DNA of 63,781 nucleotides, counting the filler, from Klebsormidium nitens (Eukaryota; Plantae; Klebsormidiophyceae), in the NCBI GenBank assembly GCA_000708835.1. It is 6 parts of 6 records of this genome, joined end to end, with 100 filler letters (N's around TTAATTAATTAA, not from the genome) between each part and the next. Parts side by side here need not be neighbours in the genome. Positions count along the whole stretch, not along the records: positions 46,733 to 54,569 come from DF238285.1; positions 54,670 to 62,496 come from DF238273.1; 4 more parts are not named here. One strand, given 5' to 3'. Below the pieces are notes generated by a model. That model ran no database searches, was not told the DNA's origin, and saw only the letters and a list, made by a program, of their open reading frames with translations. Within the stretch, counting starts at the first letter, position 1, and every line of letters starts with the position of its first letter. The position numbers and the translations under genes were made by a program. Below are positions 47,032 to 58,400 of the stretch, piece by piece.

Positions 47032-47549
47032 GTTGCCATTCGTCTTTTCCTCCACATGTCACGAGCCATTCTGAAGCCTTGTGGCCCGTTCTTCTCATGC
47101 ACGGCCCTCAAAAGCACATCAGATTTACAATCATATCTTGTTCGGCATGATTGGCAAGGATGCGCAACCCATGGCAGTCTAGAAAGATCATTAATATGGT
47201 ACTTGCGTCGAGCGTCCTGGGTGGTCAAACTGTCCAAAAGAGCATATCTCGCGTCGATACAGTGAATGCAAACGATTGCTCCAAGATGAGGGGAAAGTGG
47301 CCATTGAAAGCAGTAATTGATCCGTTTGCAAATCGTGCACTCTTGATTTGGCCGTGCTTTACTGCACAGATGCGGCCCGAGCGACTCGGACAGGCTTTGA
47401 GATTGGAAGGGGTATTCGTCAACTGTGCATCCAAGGAAAGCATGGGCATCTCTGCACGTAGAGGCGGAAGCGGCCAGACCTTGGAGATCAAGCTTCCCGT
47501 TCCCCGCGATGATGCTCAGCACGGAAGCAAACTTTTCGTTGAGGTCCAT
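47010..47549 (-). CDS. Zinc-finger protein with an XPA-like DNA-binding region, 3' end cut by the LTR-like repeat
   Basis: CTIC..VCIHCIDARYALL..TTQDARRKYHINDLSRLP..AVHEKNG recalls the XPA Zn + C-terminal subdomain. The last codons come from the repeat. Confidence 0.5.
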   Translation of the reverse strand: MDLNEKFASVLSIIAGNGKLDLQGLAASASTCRDAHAFLGCTVDEYPFQSQSLSESLGPHLCSKARPNQECTICKRINYCFQWPLSPHLGAIVCIHCIDARYALLDSLTTQDARRKYHINDLSRLPWVAHPCQSCRTRYDCKSDVLLRAVHEKNGPQGFRMARDMWRKRRMATVTITTG

Positions 47550-47629
47550 GGCGTTGGTATGAGGCTTTGAAAGAAAACGACCGATTTGTACGCAGCAACC
47601 GACCGACTTTTTTGATTCCGTGTTTGCAG

Positions 47630-49678
47630 AAAGATGGGGTCTTCAACTTCTCCGGCACCAACCTTATCTCGCACGGCCTCCTTCTAAGAAAACACTTTGC
47701 CGCCGCCCTTGGAGCAGCACACAGCCTCAACTTTGAGGCCGGAGACATGGCCACGAGGTGCCTCGACGGGCCGAACGTCCCTCGACTGGACGATCGGGTA
47801 TTCGACTCGGCTATGCAAGCCTTCAACGACCTGGCCGCCCGACCTCGGATCCAGCACGTCTGCTCGCGCGTCGACTGCGCGCACCTCTACACGTGTGAGG
47901 TGGAGATGGCGGAGGCGGAGGCTCGGATGGCTGGCACCCCCCTGAGGCCGGAGCGAACGGAGAGGCCGAGCTCCGAGCTGTCGACCTACGCTTTTGGGCG
48001 GGACAAGGTCGTCACCTTCGACGGCACCTTCTTCGCCAACTCAAGCGCGATGCGAGACTCTGAGACGGAGGCATCTCTGCACAGCATCTGCGAGCCGGAT
48101 CCAGGAGCACCGAGGGTTGCTGGGGGCTTCACTCCTCTTAGCGTTGGCGGGGTGCGGCCATCTGACGTGCCGTTGGAGGGGATCGACTGCCCTTGGAAGT
48201 ACCGGAACGGCCTCTCAAAGCTACGGCCGGCAATACGGGCGCTGGCGCTTCGTTGGTGCAACTTTCGCAAGGCCCCGGCCCAAGGGAGCAACGCGCCTTT
48301 GATGACGGAGGAGTTCGTCGCCATGCGGGAGAGGCTTCCGGCCAACGTTGCCGCTCTGGTCGACCTCGTGACCGAGTCGAGGGCTTGTGCGGACCCCGCC
48401 ACGTGTGCCGTCTGCCAGGGGGTCCCGAGGCGGCCCTGGATGCAGGGGTTTTTTAAGGATGGGCCGGTGGGGCCGACCGGTTGGTGCCCCACGCACTTCC
48501 AGCCGTATGGAGCCCTTCTCCACGCGCTGCTCATCCTTCGCTACTCGTGGGTGTTTGGGCGCATTGTCACCCTGAAGTTGTTGAGACACGTGTTGCTGGA
48601 GGGGCCTCTCGATGCGCGAGGGATGGCATTTCTCTCCAACGACGGCCCCATGTTGGCGGCCGTCCTGCGCCTCTATCCAATCGCCGGCGGACAGTACGCC
48701 TTTCCGGCGGCGCTCCGCCCACTTGTGCGCGACATCTATGCCACGAACCTCCTCTGCTTTGAGCCGAGTGCAAACCGACCGGGTCCGGCCTTGCGATCGC
48801 CACTGGCCGCCCTCCATGATGCGACCGAGCACCTCTGGGCAACTGAAGGCGAGAAGCTGAGGCTTGCGGGTCAGCTAGAGGGGGCGGCCATGGAGTATGC
48901 CGAGCAGCGTGGGGCGGCATTGAAGGGGGCGGCCAACTCGCTCCTGTTCGAGCTCGAAGTTCGAGAGCCCCAGTGCTACGAAGAGGGCGGCTTCCTTCGA
49001 GCGCCGTCGGCGACTTACACGGAGCGGGTCGCCGCTGTCTCGACCTACTCCTTCCACCCCCTGCTTTACGGCCGGCCTCGATTCGTCGATTGGGAGGATG
49101 AGGAGGGCCGCGGAAAGAAGTCGACGGAGGAGCGGCTCGCCCAACACTGCAGCACGCCCAATCCGCGATCGTCCAAGGGCCGTGCCGGGACATTTATTGC
49201 GTGCTGCCAAGACCGGGCGCCCCTTGACTTCCACTGGCTCAAGGGCGGCGAGTCGGTGTCGGACCTTGGTACGGTGCTCCTGACGCGGTTTCCATTCAAG
49301 ACGCTGCGGGGCATGACCGTCGTGGAGGACGCTTCGTGCAACGCGCAAGAGTGGTTGCTGAACCGGGTGCCCCAGATGGCCAAGTATGTCTGTTTTGTTG
49401 TAGATAGATTCCATAGTGGGCCCGTGAGCTGCGCTCCATCCGGGGCGAAGCGCTATGCGACGCACACATGCGCGCCGACGCTCTTCATCGACTCTTTTTT
49501 GCAACACTGCCACACGATCACGACGGCCTCGGAGGGCATCAACTCTGGGCTGAAGAGGTGCACGGCGAGCCTTCAGCAGATCACGAGCATCAAGCGGCTG
49601 TTGAGCAGAGTCACCACAATCCTCGACACGTTGTTTTCAAGAGCGATCAAAGTACGCAGTGTACTTGAGCAATACTAG
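47630..49678 (+). CDS. KDZ (Kyakuja-Dileera-Zisupton)-type transposase with a Cys cluster; open for 680+ codons
   Basis: GTFIACC, GGESVSD..LLTRFP, VVEDASC...WLLNRVP, VVDRFH, HTC, SEGINSGL match the KDZ core pattern. It starts at a TTTGCAG acceptor, so the 5' exon is missing. Confidence 0.78.
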   Translation, partial: KDGVFNFSGTNLISHGLLLRKHFAAALGAAHSLNFEAGDMATRCLDGPNVPRLDDRVFDSAMQAFNDLAARPRIQHVCSRVDCAHLYTCEVEMAEAEARMAGTPLRPERTERPSSELSTYAFGRDKVVTFDGTFFANSSAMRDSETEASLHSICEPDPGAPRVAGGFTPLSVGGVRPSDVPLEGIDCPWKYRNGLSKLRPAIRALALRWCNFRKAPAQGSNAPLMTEEFVAMRERLPANVAALVDLVTESRACADPATCAVCQGVPRRPWMQGFFKDGPVGPTGWCPTHFQPYGALLHALLILRYSWVFGRIVTLKLLRHVLLEGPLDARGMAFLSNDGPMLAAVLRLYPIAGGQYAFPAALRPLVRDIYATNLLCFEPSANRPGPALRSPLAALHDATEHLWATEGEKLRLAGQLEGAAMEYAEQRGAALKGAANSLLFELEVREPQCYEEGGFLRAPSATYTERVAAVSTYSFHPLLYGRPRFVDWEDEEGRGKKSTEERLAQHCSTPNPRSSKGRAGTFIACCQDRAPLDFHWLKGGESVSDLGTVLLTRFPFKTLRGMTVVEDASCNAQEWLLNRVPQMAKYVCFVVDRFHSGPVSCAPSGAKRYATHTCAPTLFIDSFLQHCHTITTASEGINSGLKRCTASLQQITSIKRLLSRVTTILDTLFSRAIKVRSVLEQY

Positions 49679-49834
49679 CAATCCTTTGAAAGACTCGATC
49701 AAGAGGGGGCGCTGTTGAGGTTGTTCTGTATTACTCTATTACTCATTACCCACCGCCTCAAGTTCCTTTTGAGTTTTAACATCTGTCATGTGGTGAGGAG
49801 TGCACAGTTAGTATTTCATATTTGTAAAAACAAC

Positions 49835-49868
49835 GGGTAATAGGGTAATAGGGTAATAGGGTAATAGG
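49835..49868 (+). repeat. (GGGTAATA)4 microsatellite
   Basis: Read directly between the converging KDZ and helicase 3' ends. Confidence 0.9.
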
Positions 49869-49959
49869 ATGTATGGTTTAAGGGTTCATTCATGGGTACT
49901 GTCATGTGTGTGTGTGTGTTGTAAGAAGGGTAATCAGAGGGTAATAAGCTATTTGGTAC

Positions 49960-52900
49960 TCAAGCTCTTTGAGAAGAATCATCTTCTGGTCTATCCTGTG
50001 TTAATACTTCTCCGTCCTCACCTCGCCTCACCGCCCACACATGACGGTTCGAGCAGAACGAGCACTTCTGATCTGCAACGGATTGTCGCGACCCTTTTGA
50101 GGCATCGACCAGCTCTTGAAGAGCTGTTGGCTCTGTCATCCATGGCCCTTCCTTATCTTCAACGTAGTCGACTCGTTGCCACGTGTCCACCCACTCCACG
50201 GTGGAGCTCAGAAGCTTGCCTTTATGGAGAGCCTCGCAGATTGCGCCCTGTGGGGCAAACCACCATCCCTTGTGGGTTCGAACCCCCTGAACGGAGCGTG
50301 CCTGCGGTCGCATCTTGAAAACGGCATTCAGAGAGCGCATCAAGAGGTTGACGTCGGAATGGCGGTCTTCTTTGATATCCATCTGATACAGGAACGTGTC
50401 ATAAGTCCGCTTGATGTCTGTCGATGCTACCCATGTCTCCAAAGAAGGGTGAAAGCACCCGTTCTCGAGCAGAGCTTGCATCATATTCACATGTGGTGGA
50501 ATCGAATGTTCCTTCAATGTAACGGTACGGAGGTCCGAGTGCTCTACCGTCGAGCTACGACCCAAAAAGGTGATTCACTTTTNNNNNNNNNNNNNNNNNN
50601 NNNNNNNNNNNNNNNNNNNNNNNNNNNNNNNNNNNNNNNNNNNNNNNNNNNNNNNNNNNNNNNNNNNNNNNNNNNNNNNNNNNNNNNNNNNNNNNNNNNN
50701 NNNNNNNNNNNNNNNNNNNNNNNNNNNNNNNNNNNNNNNNNNNNNNNNNNNNNNNNNNNNNNNNNNNNNNNNNNNNNNNNNNNNNNNNNNNNNNNNNACT
50801 TCGCCCAGCCTGGGGTATAGTACCGCATGTAACGCTTGAGCTAGGCCCCAGAGTCCACTGAGTACTTCGCCTAGGCCCAATCGTTACATTCAAGCCTTCC
50901 CCCCAGGTTGTGATTGGCATCTTTTGAGGATTCCAGTTAGAAATATCAGTGGATGACAGGTATTGAAAGAGGTGATATGCAGTTTCGGGTTTCTCCATCT
51001 CTTCCACGAGTGGATCAAAGTACTCTTTGTCACCCATTTTGGCATCTGATACTTGCTGACAAGCATATCGGCGATCGTCGGCCTCTCGTTTTACTGGCCA
51101 AAAGTTGTTTGTGGTGAAAACGATATTGCTCGTGTCCTGGACGGTGATTGGATTACGGCCTTTGTGCTCTAAACACGTCTCGTCCTCAGTGATGAGCGAT
51201 TTCATCCGATTGTTCATTCGAAACGCTCCGCCCCAATTGCCCGCCTCATCAAAGACAATAAGAAGCTTGTTGGCACCTAGTGAATTGAATTTGCCAATCA
51301 CCGTTTCAATCTGATTGCAATAAAGATAGTACTTGGCACCGAGGATCTTGCGTCCAAAGAATTTCCACAACGAAGACTTTCCACTCGCTTGCCCACCTCG
51401 AAACACTAGGGCGACGCCAATCTTCTTCCAGGGTTTTTGAACGGCATGTGCCATCCAACGGATAGTATAGTCAAAGCGCTCCTTTGACCCATCGCACAAG
51501 ATGTAGCGAAGGTGCCACATGAGCTTTGGCATCTGTTCCTCGCACTCCACGAGCTCAGGCTCCGTCAATTTGTGGTCGAGCGGTTTGAGTCTCAGCCCGG
51601 AGAAAAGATTGAAGTGTCGTGAGGACCCCTTTGATGGGTCTGGTTCGAACACAATCTGATCGTATTCACGGCGTTTAGAACTGCTCTCCCAAAACCTGGC
51701 AACCTCCTTGCTCTTCCCAGGTAGGCTCTGAAGTTGGAAGTTTCTGCAGATTTCCAGAAAGTCGCGACCCGACCGAGCGAGGGTCTCCTTGGGCTCAAGC
51801 TGCCCGTTGTCGTCTCTCGAGTAGATTGTTTCCAGATAAACAGCCTTTGTCGAGCGGACAACGGCAAAGTAATGGTTCATTATACGCAGAACGAGATCGT
51901 GCATGTCCGTTTTTGCTCTCTTTGTTCGTTCGTCGTCCTCCTCCTTCTTCCTTTTCTCCTCCGAGTCGCTTCCATCTGCGGGCGGCTTAAAGGGGAAAAC
52001 GTAGCTTTCGCAAGTTTTGAAAAGTTCCCGTTCCACTCTCAAAGGCAAACACTCAGGCCAGAAGTAGATGCCTAGCAGAGGCTTTGGTCGATCGATGCAA
52101 TCCGGGGACAGACAACGGTACACAAGCACGCACCCGTTGCTCTGGATGCTGAATTGATTCAAATCGTGCTGGTGGCCATTCAAGCACGTTCGCATGCCGT
52201 TCGTTTTGAACTTGAGGATCTACCACCCGTTCGTGGTCCTTTTCCCAACGCCGTTAAAGATGCTAGAGTCGCCTGGCACTCTAGCACGCAGCAGCTTCTT
52301 GATCTCTTCAAGCGCTTGTTCCAGCCCGGCCAATCGATTGGCTTCCGTATCATGATGTGCGGTGCTACATGGTGCCACATCTTTTGCTCTTGGTATTGAC
52401 ATCGGAGCATGTTGCTTCGCAATTCGTGATTCCTCATTGAACGCGGCGTCGTTCAAAAAGTGGACCAACCATTCTGGCATCCCATTGCGAGGTGCCGATT
52501 CGTCGGATCCACTCCAATAATAGCCATACTCTCTCCCAGCTTCGTCAAAGTACTTTGAGGGAGACACGAATACTATCCCGTCTTTTCCTCTTCCATCAAT
52601 GGCCCATGTGGACCCCTCGTATGCGACCCTTGCAAAATTTGTATCTTTGAGGAGGCCGGAGGTCTTGCTTCGGCTAAAATATAGGTGCAACCCCAATCTT
52701 GATCCGGTGGCTGCCTTTAGTGTCTCAACGGCTCCGTGTTGCTCCACCAATTGCTTCCAGAGCCTTGTGCTTGCCTCTTTGCGCGGGTCCTCGTCCTTTG
52801 AAGATCTTTCCGTGGCATCGCAATCGACGACATAGAGATCGGATATGCCACAAAGCACCGCGAGAGCATTAACATCCATGGCGGCCTTGTCAATATAGGA

Positions 52901-53215
52901 ATTAATCCCTTCCTTCCAACCAGCTAACGACTTCGTCAACGGGGTATAACTGCCACCGCTGAAGGTCGCTTTCTTCTTTCCCTCAACCATTTCAAGCCGG
53001 AGCGGAATGGTGTACATGCCCTGTTTGTAAAGAGATCGCATACCTTTGACGATACGATACTTTTGCTGGAAACGTGATTTTAGTGGAGCATCATTGCTGG
53101 GCTCATGAAGCCCGCCGTCCTGGGTGATGAGCACGAGCCTCTCATCCACAGGGGCGTGGACGTATTGCTGCTTCTCCGTTGCGGCTTCTTGCGCGCCTTC
53201 CATTTCTTTGTACAT
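49960..53215 (-). pseudogene. Bifunctional primase-polymerase (Prim-Pol) fused to a Zn domain and D5-like SF3 helicase, ~960 aa when reconstructed
   Basis: Prim-Pol NALAVLCG..VVDCD, TGSRLGLHLYF, IDGRGKDGIVFVSPS. TAG at 52220-52222 is followed by 8 in-frame codons into MRTC..H..C..C. Walker A GGQASGKS, Walker B IVFDEA, sensor VFTTN. The C-terminus resumes in frame after the 50518-50888 insert. Confidence 0.9.
50518..50888. mobile_element. LTR-type insertion in the helicase gene (contains a gap)
   Basis: TGTAAC..GTTACA termini and 5-bp TSD TTCAA (50513-17, 50889-93). Removal restores WGEGL-KEHSIPP. Confidence 0.9.
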
Positions 53216-53304
53216 TATGAGAAGGTTTTAAATAAGGCGTTTCAAACGCGCGTGCGTTCAATCTTTGATCGTTCAAATTTTCTCACCATGATGTTAATAC
53301 TGAC

Positions 53305-53658
53305 ATGAAGTCGCACAGTGAAACTGCCTCAAACGACAACTGCATTTGCAAAACCTGTGCTTCAATCAAACGATTTCATGAGAGGCATCCTGATGCTCGT
53401 AAGACGTACACAAAACGATATTATTATAAGCACAAGAACACAATTTTGTCGACTCAAGCTTTTCAACGCTACAAAAACGGACATGCATCTCAACAAAAGA
53501 CTCTAAAGCGCCTCTTTGATGCAGGCTTTCCAGTAAATAACGGTCCACATCGTGCATGGCAGCATGGTGACCATCAAATGGCGTCTTCAGACACGTCAGA
53601 TGAGACCGAAGTGCCCTCGCTCCATTTGGGTGCGTTCACAAGCATTCAAGTGTCCTGA
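53305..53658 (+). CDS. Small basic protein, possibly DNA-binding (virus-like)
   Basis: CKTC..RKTYTKRYYYKHKNTIL..QRYKNG..TLKRLFDAG; K/R/Y-rich, in the spacer between recombinase and primase. Confidence 0.4.
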   Translation: MKSHSETASNDNCICKTCASIKRFHERHPDARKTYTKRYYYKHKNTILSTQAFQRYKNGHASQQKTLKRLFDAGFPVNNGPHRAWQHGDHQMASSDTSDETEVPSLHLGAFTSIQVS

Positions 53659-53694
53659 AAGAATTTGCCACGTAGCGGGCACATTGTGAATCGT

Positions 53695-54569
53695 TCAAAA
53701 CCGGATCGGAGAGCCGTGTTGGTCGAATTTCTTCTCGTAGGTTCGCTGTGCCATAGCGGCCGTGTGCAACATGCTCCGCGCAAGGTCGTCGCGCTCGGCT
53801 ATGCTTGGAGCATCTTTGAAGAGATTGCTCACACAAATCTTGCGAAGAAGACACGAACCCACGCTTGCGTCTTTAAAAAGACATGTGCTGCAGAATTTTG
53901 AGAGATAATTTCGGCTCATTGGCTTGTCGGGCGACCTGATTCGAGATAATAGGTACCTCCTCGGAAAGACTTCCAGCGATTCCGAGATGACGTTGTTGCA
54001 TCGGGTCGACATGTCTACGGAAGTCGGTCCATGGTGACGGACGGTCTTAAAATCGTTCAATACCAGACGAAATTCGTCTTTTTCGAAATCCAACAGGTAA
54101 TTTCCGGATCCAGACATGATCTTGCGAGTCTCAGTTGTTTTAATGTCTTTTAAGCGCACGATGGGGCAATCGCTGTAGTCATTGCGAAGTGCCCGTTGAT
54201 AGCTATACAAACAGAGTATCAAGTGGCGAAAAAGCACAATTTTGTCCTCATCGGACAAATCTTCGGGCTTCTTGTGTAGAATTTTGCGATTGACGTGCCT
54301 CAGCAACTCCACACGACGCTCGTTAATTTGATCCAAAGTTTTCCAATTTGCTGCTTCGCGCTCTGTTAGTTGCTGGAGAGGCGGCTTGCTTTGATCCATG
54401 AGCTTTCGAACCTCTGTGTACCGCTTATAGTAAGCATCATAGAGCTGTTTGTCATCGGAAAATGCTTTGCGCGCTATCACAAGAAGCGGGTTAATCCCAG
54501 TCGCCTGCATCGACAGCTTTGAGGGGTAGGCTTCTTGAAAGTACTTGATGATTCCGTCAGCGTCCTTAA
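53695..54569 (-). CDS. Tyrosine recombinase of the Polinton-like virus/virophage (OLV11-like) type; 5' end in gap
   Basis: LYSYQRALRNDY (Arg), LNDFKTVRHHG (Lys), LLRKICVS (Arg), LARSMLH (His), QRTYEK (Tyr). The frame is open up to the gap. Confidence 0.85.
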
Positions 54570-55451
54570 NNNNNNNNNNNNNNNNNNNNNNNNNNNNNNN
54601 NNNNNNNNNNNNNTTAATTAATTAANNNNNNNNNNNNNNNNNNNNNNNNNNNNNNNNNNNNNNNNNNNNAAACAAGCATTTGACCCTTACGAACGGCCTT
54701 AAGCGGAGTCGTGTTACCCAGGTCAAAAAGTATACTGACAAAAAACAACTTTCGCACCTCCAGCTCGACCTAATGTAGGCACCCGGGACCATCTTACAAT
54801 GGCCCAAAACAGAGAGAATCAGTGAGAGCTCGTCGTCTAACAGACCATATACGACTCAATAAAGTTGTCTGACAACAGTCGCAAAGTAAAACAGAGGCGC
54901 GTCATCAAAAGTGCTAAAAGAAACAACCTTCTAGTGCAAGTCTTTGCGCCAGTGAGATCGATGTTGCCTTGAACAAAGGAGTTCGAGGGGTCCAACTTGA
55001 AAACAAACTGCAATTCGGAGCGAAGATATCCCCTAGCTCTAAGCTGCGGCCTCCACATACACAAACGCAGTGTCAAAGAACAAGACCCGACACACGGCGT
55101 GAGCAGCCAATCTCCTGAAACGGATCCAAACAGCCATATAGGCTTTTTCAAGTGTTTTGCAGCTTGGAAGAGAACGAACGAAAACCGTTGTGGTGCCGGA
55201 AAGATTCATGTTTCCACTAGGATGAGTGCCCCGGCCCGTCAACCTGGAGAGAAAGAACCTGTCCAACTGGGAAGAGTCTCGATTAGCGCTCAATTTGGCT
55301 GCCACACACTATCGCCCTCCCTGCCCCGGCTTGATCAAAATAACCACACTGGCACCGATATATCCGGCATGAGTTGAACCCAAGAGTCCTGAACTCTAGC
55401 CGAAAACAGACTAGTTTCCGGCCGCCCAAACGAATCAAATCATGTTCCGTG

Positions 55452-58400
55452 CTAGATGATCCCGGACAGGACTTGTATGACCATAAACAGAGGCAGCAAG
55501 AACAGAGGCAGCAAGAAAAAAAGCCAACATAGCAACCTTCCGGAATTGTAATGGATTGGTGGGATAGTCCCAATCAAAACAGACAGCGGTTTGGAGTCAC
55601 AGATCAACCACTTTCGAAAAACAACCTTCCTATCGTAAGAAGCGGACAGAAGAACGAACTCGTGCTCACCACTCTCATCGTCCGACTTCAAATTTACCAG
55701 CTCTGGGACCCCCGCAGATTGCTCTCTTGTGACTTCCGCACTCCGAAGCTCCTCTTCTGCGTCCGACCCTACGTCGTCCTCTAGGGCCCCGTCCATCTCG
55801 TGCCGCAAAATGTCCCTCCATTCCTCGTTCATGCCCGTTGACCGTCCTTCCTCGGCTTCCTCTCCGAGCTTCAACCTGCACTCCTGAAGGAGATGCCCCT
55901 CCGACTCTAGCCAGCCTCGCTCTTCGCATTCTTCGTAAGCCTCCAAGGCCTCCTTCCACTGTGCCAGGTCAAAGTAGGCTTTGGCTAGGGTGCGGTGTAA
56001 CCTGGGCTCTAGCCTTGCCTCCACCCCCAGCACCCACGCCGTTTGGGCCGCCATCAACGCGTGCGTAAACTGATTGTTGTGCTGGTACGCAAGAGTGCGG
56101 ATGTACTCCGCATGACCAAAAAGGGGCCAAACCTTTAGAGCCCGCTTGCACAGATCGACCACGTGCGAAAATGGCCTCTCCGCGCGCCAAGGGATTCCAG
56201 GAGCCCAACCCTCCCACATTTCTTTAGCGTCTTGGTGCTTTCCCTCGACAAGTTGCTTCAGAATGAACGTCGCCAAGTCGTCCAACTCGGTGAGTTCGAT
56301 CTGGGCTCGCCGAATCACCACGTGCTCACGCTTGGGCACGTATGCGTTGTAGTGGGAGACGCCATTGTACCGGAGGTACAGTGGGTGGTCAAAGCCATCG
56401 GTGATTTTCCCTTGCTCCGGCTCAAACCGGAGAGGCTGGTCGACTGGCAAGGAGGGGTGGTAGATAACGATCTCAACACCTAGCAGGTCCGCCATCACTT
56501 GCAATAGAAAAAAAAGCCATTGTGAATTCCAACAAGGAGCGTCGCGGTCCAATCTGTGAAAAATTCGTAACTTGTAACGCTCAGTCGCTAGATGATTCTC
56601 GATGCCGGTTCTCCGGACCAAGGTTGAACCTTTTGATAATGTTCGACAAAGTTTCAGGGTGTGACTGGTGGGAATGGCTCCTTTGCCCTTACGTTCCTGC
56701 AATAAACAAAGAGAGTCAAGTTGCTTCAAGACTGAGAAATTAGTAAAACTTCTCGTTTATTTCAATGATGTCCTTTAGGGGACAAAAACAAAGGGTCAAA
56801 AATCTTCAAAGTCCTTTGTTACCTCCACTCATGTATTGAATCGGGGTGTATATAGAGGGATATGGAATCGGTCAAAATAAGTCCTGAGAGATTTTTCCCC
56901 CGAAATTTTGCTTCCAACTCGTTCCAGGAGTGCGTGTTGCGCTTTTCCTCGAGGATTAAAATCACATGCCTTCTGACATCCAAAACAGAGGCGGGATGGC
57001 AAAGATCGATCAATTAACTCCGCAATCGTCCATTATCTTTGCTGTTGGTGTTCGTTTTGTCCCGAATAAAGGAACGAAAGAACAAAGTTCAATGCACCTC
57101 AAGCTCTATAGGCGGCCACAAGCCCTTTACCGTCACACCAACGATATAAACATAAAGAGTGCGACTCGCTCCGAGGAGAATAGTGGTTTTTACTCCAAGT
57201 GTTTCTGCAACATGTGCCGTCAAAGCTACAAACAGAGGGTAAAACATGCAGGATATGTCTAAAAGTTTCTTGATGTCGCTTTAACGAAGCTGTTCCACTT
57301 GTTTTCGGTCGAAACAAAGAACCAAGGAGACGAATTGGATACTGAGGCCTTTGGGTGTTGGCGCGATTGAACTTTTGAATCTGGTAAAAGAACAAAGAGA
57401 ATCCAACCCGCTTGAAAGACAACGGATTGGCGCTACTCGATCTCGAGTCTTTCACAGAGCCAAGGCAGCCACAGAGCCAAAGTACAGAGGGTAAAGAAGA
57501 GGGATTCACTCGAATAAACATCGGGTTTTGTTGTCCTCCCCTTTCAATGTTGTCTAGGGTGTGAACAAAGGAACATGGAGCTGAAACAAAACGAATTCCT
57601 CATGAGCCGAAGCAAAATTCTCACCTTCGCTATGGCGTCCCCCAGAGGGTGATTCCATTGCCTCCTCTTATACTGAGCAATCATTGACTCCAGCTCCTCG
57701 GCGAACGTTAGACTCCCTTGGTCGTACCAATCAGGGTGCTCCCTCGCTTGCTTCCAGGCCGCCTCCATGAGACCGGGTACGCCCCCTTCGAAGGGCTTCC
57801 CTTGAGCAGCCAACCCGGTTGCCACCGCTAGAAACGCGCACAGCCCGTTTGGGCTTACCTCGAGTCGCACAAGATGAGGATGTCTGGCCGCGAATTCCTC
57901 GTCCATGAAGCGGAGGGCCTCCGTCTGATCGCTGGCGGGATCCCGCTTGCTAAACTCCTCGGCGCAAGAGGCAATAGCGTCCTCTAAAGCTTTCACCGCT
58001 TCTTCCAACTCAAGGCTTGAGGTTGAAAGAGCTGCAAGCTCCTCGATGCTTGAGATGACTAAGGGGAGTGCCGTCATCAGGATACGGTGTAGTGCGATGC
58101 TCTTTCCGAATCCCACAAAGGAAGTTGCAAGCTCATCCGCCATCGACGCGAGCCGTTCCTTGGGGAGTGCTTCTTTTCCGGGTTGATCGCCGAGGGTCTT
58201 CACCTTTCGAAAAGTCTCAAGGGCTCCCTCAAGAAGGCCCTCGATAGTTACCGCAAACCCCTCCTTCTCCCCCTCCGCGACCGTTTCAAACACCTCCAAA
58301 AGATGCACCGCCTGCTTCCGACAAGCCCTTAGAGCACTTGAGGCGAAATATCCATCTAGCTTCGAGGCTTCGATCAGCAACGACACCCCGGAGCCCTCCT

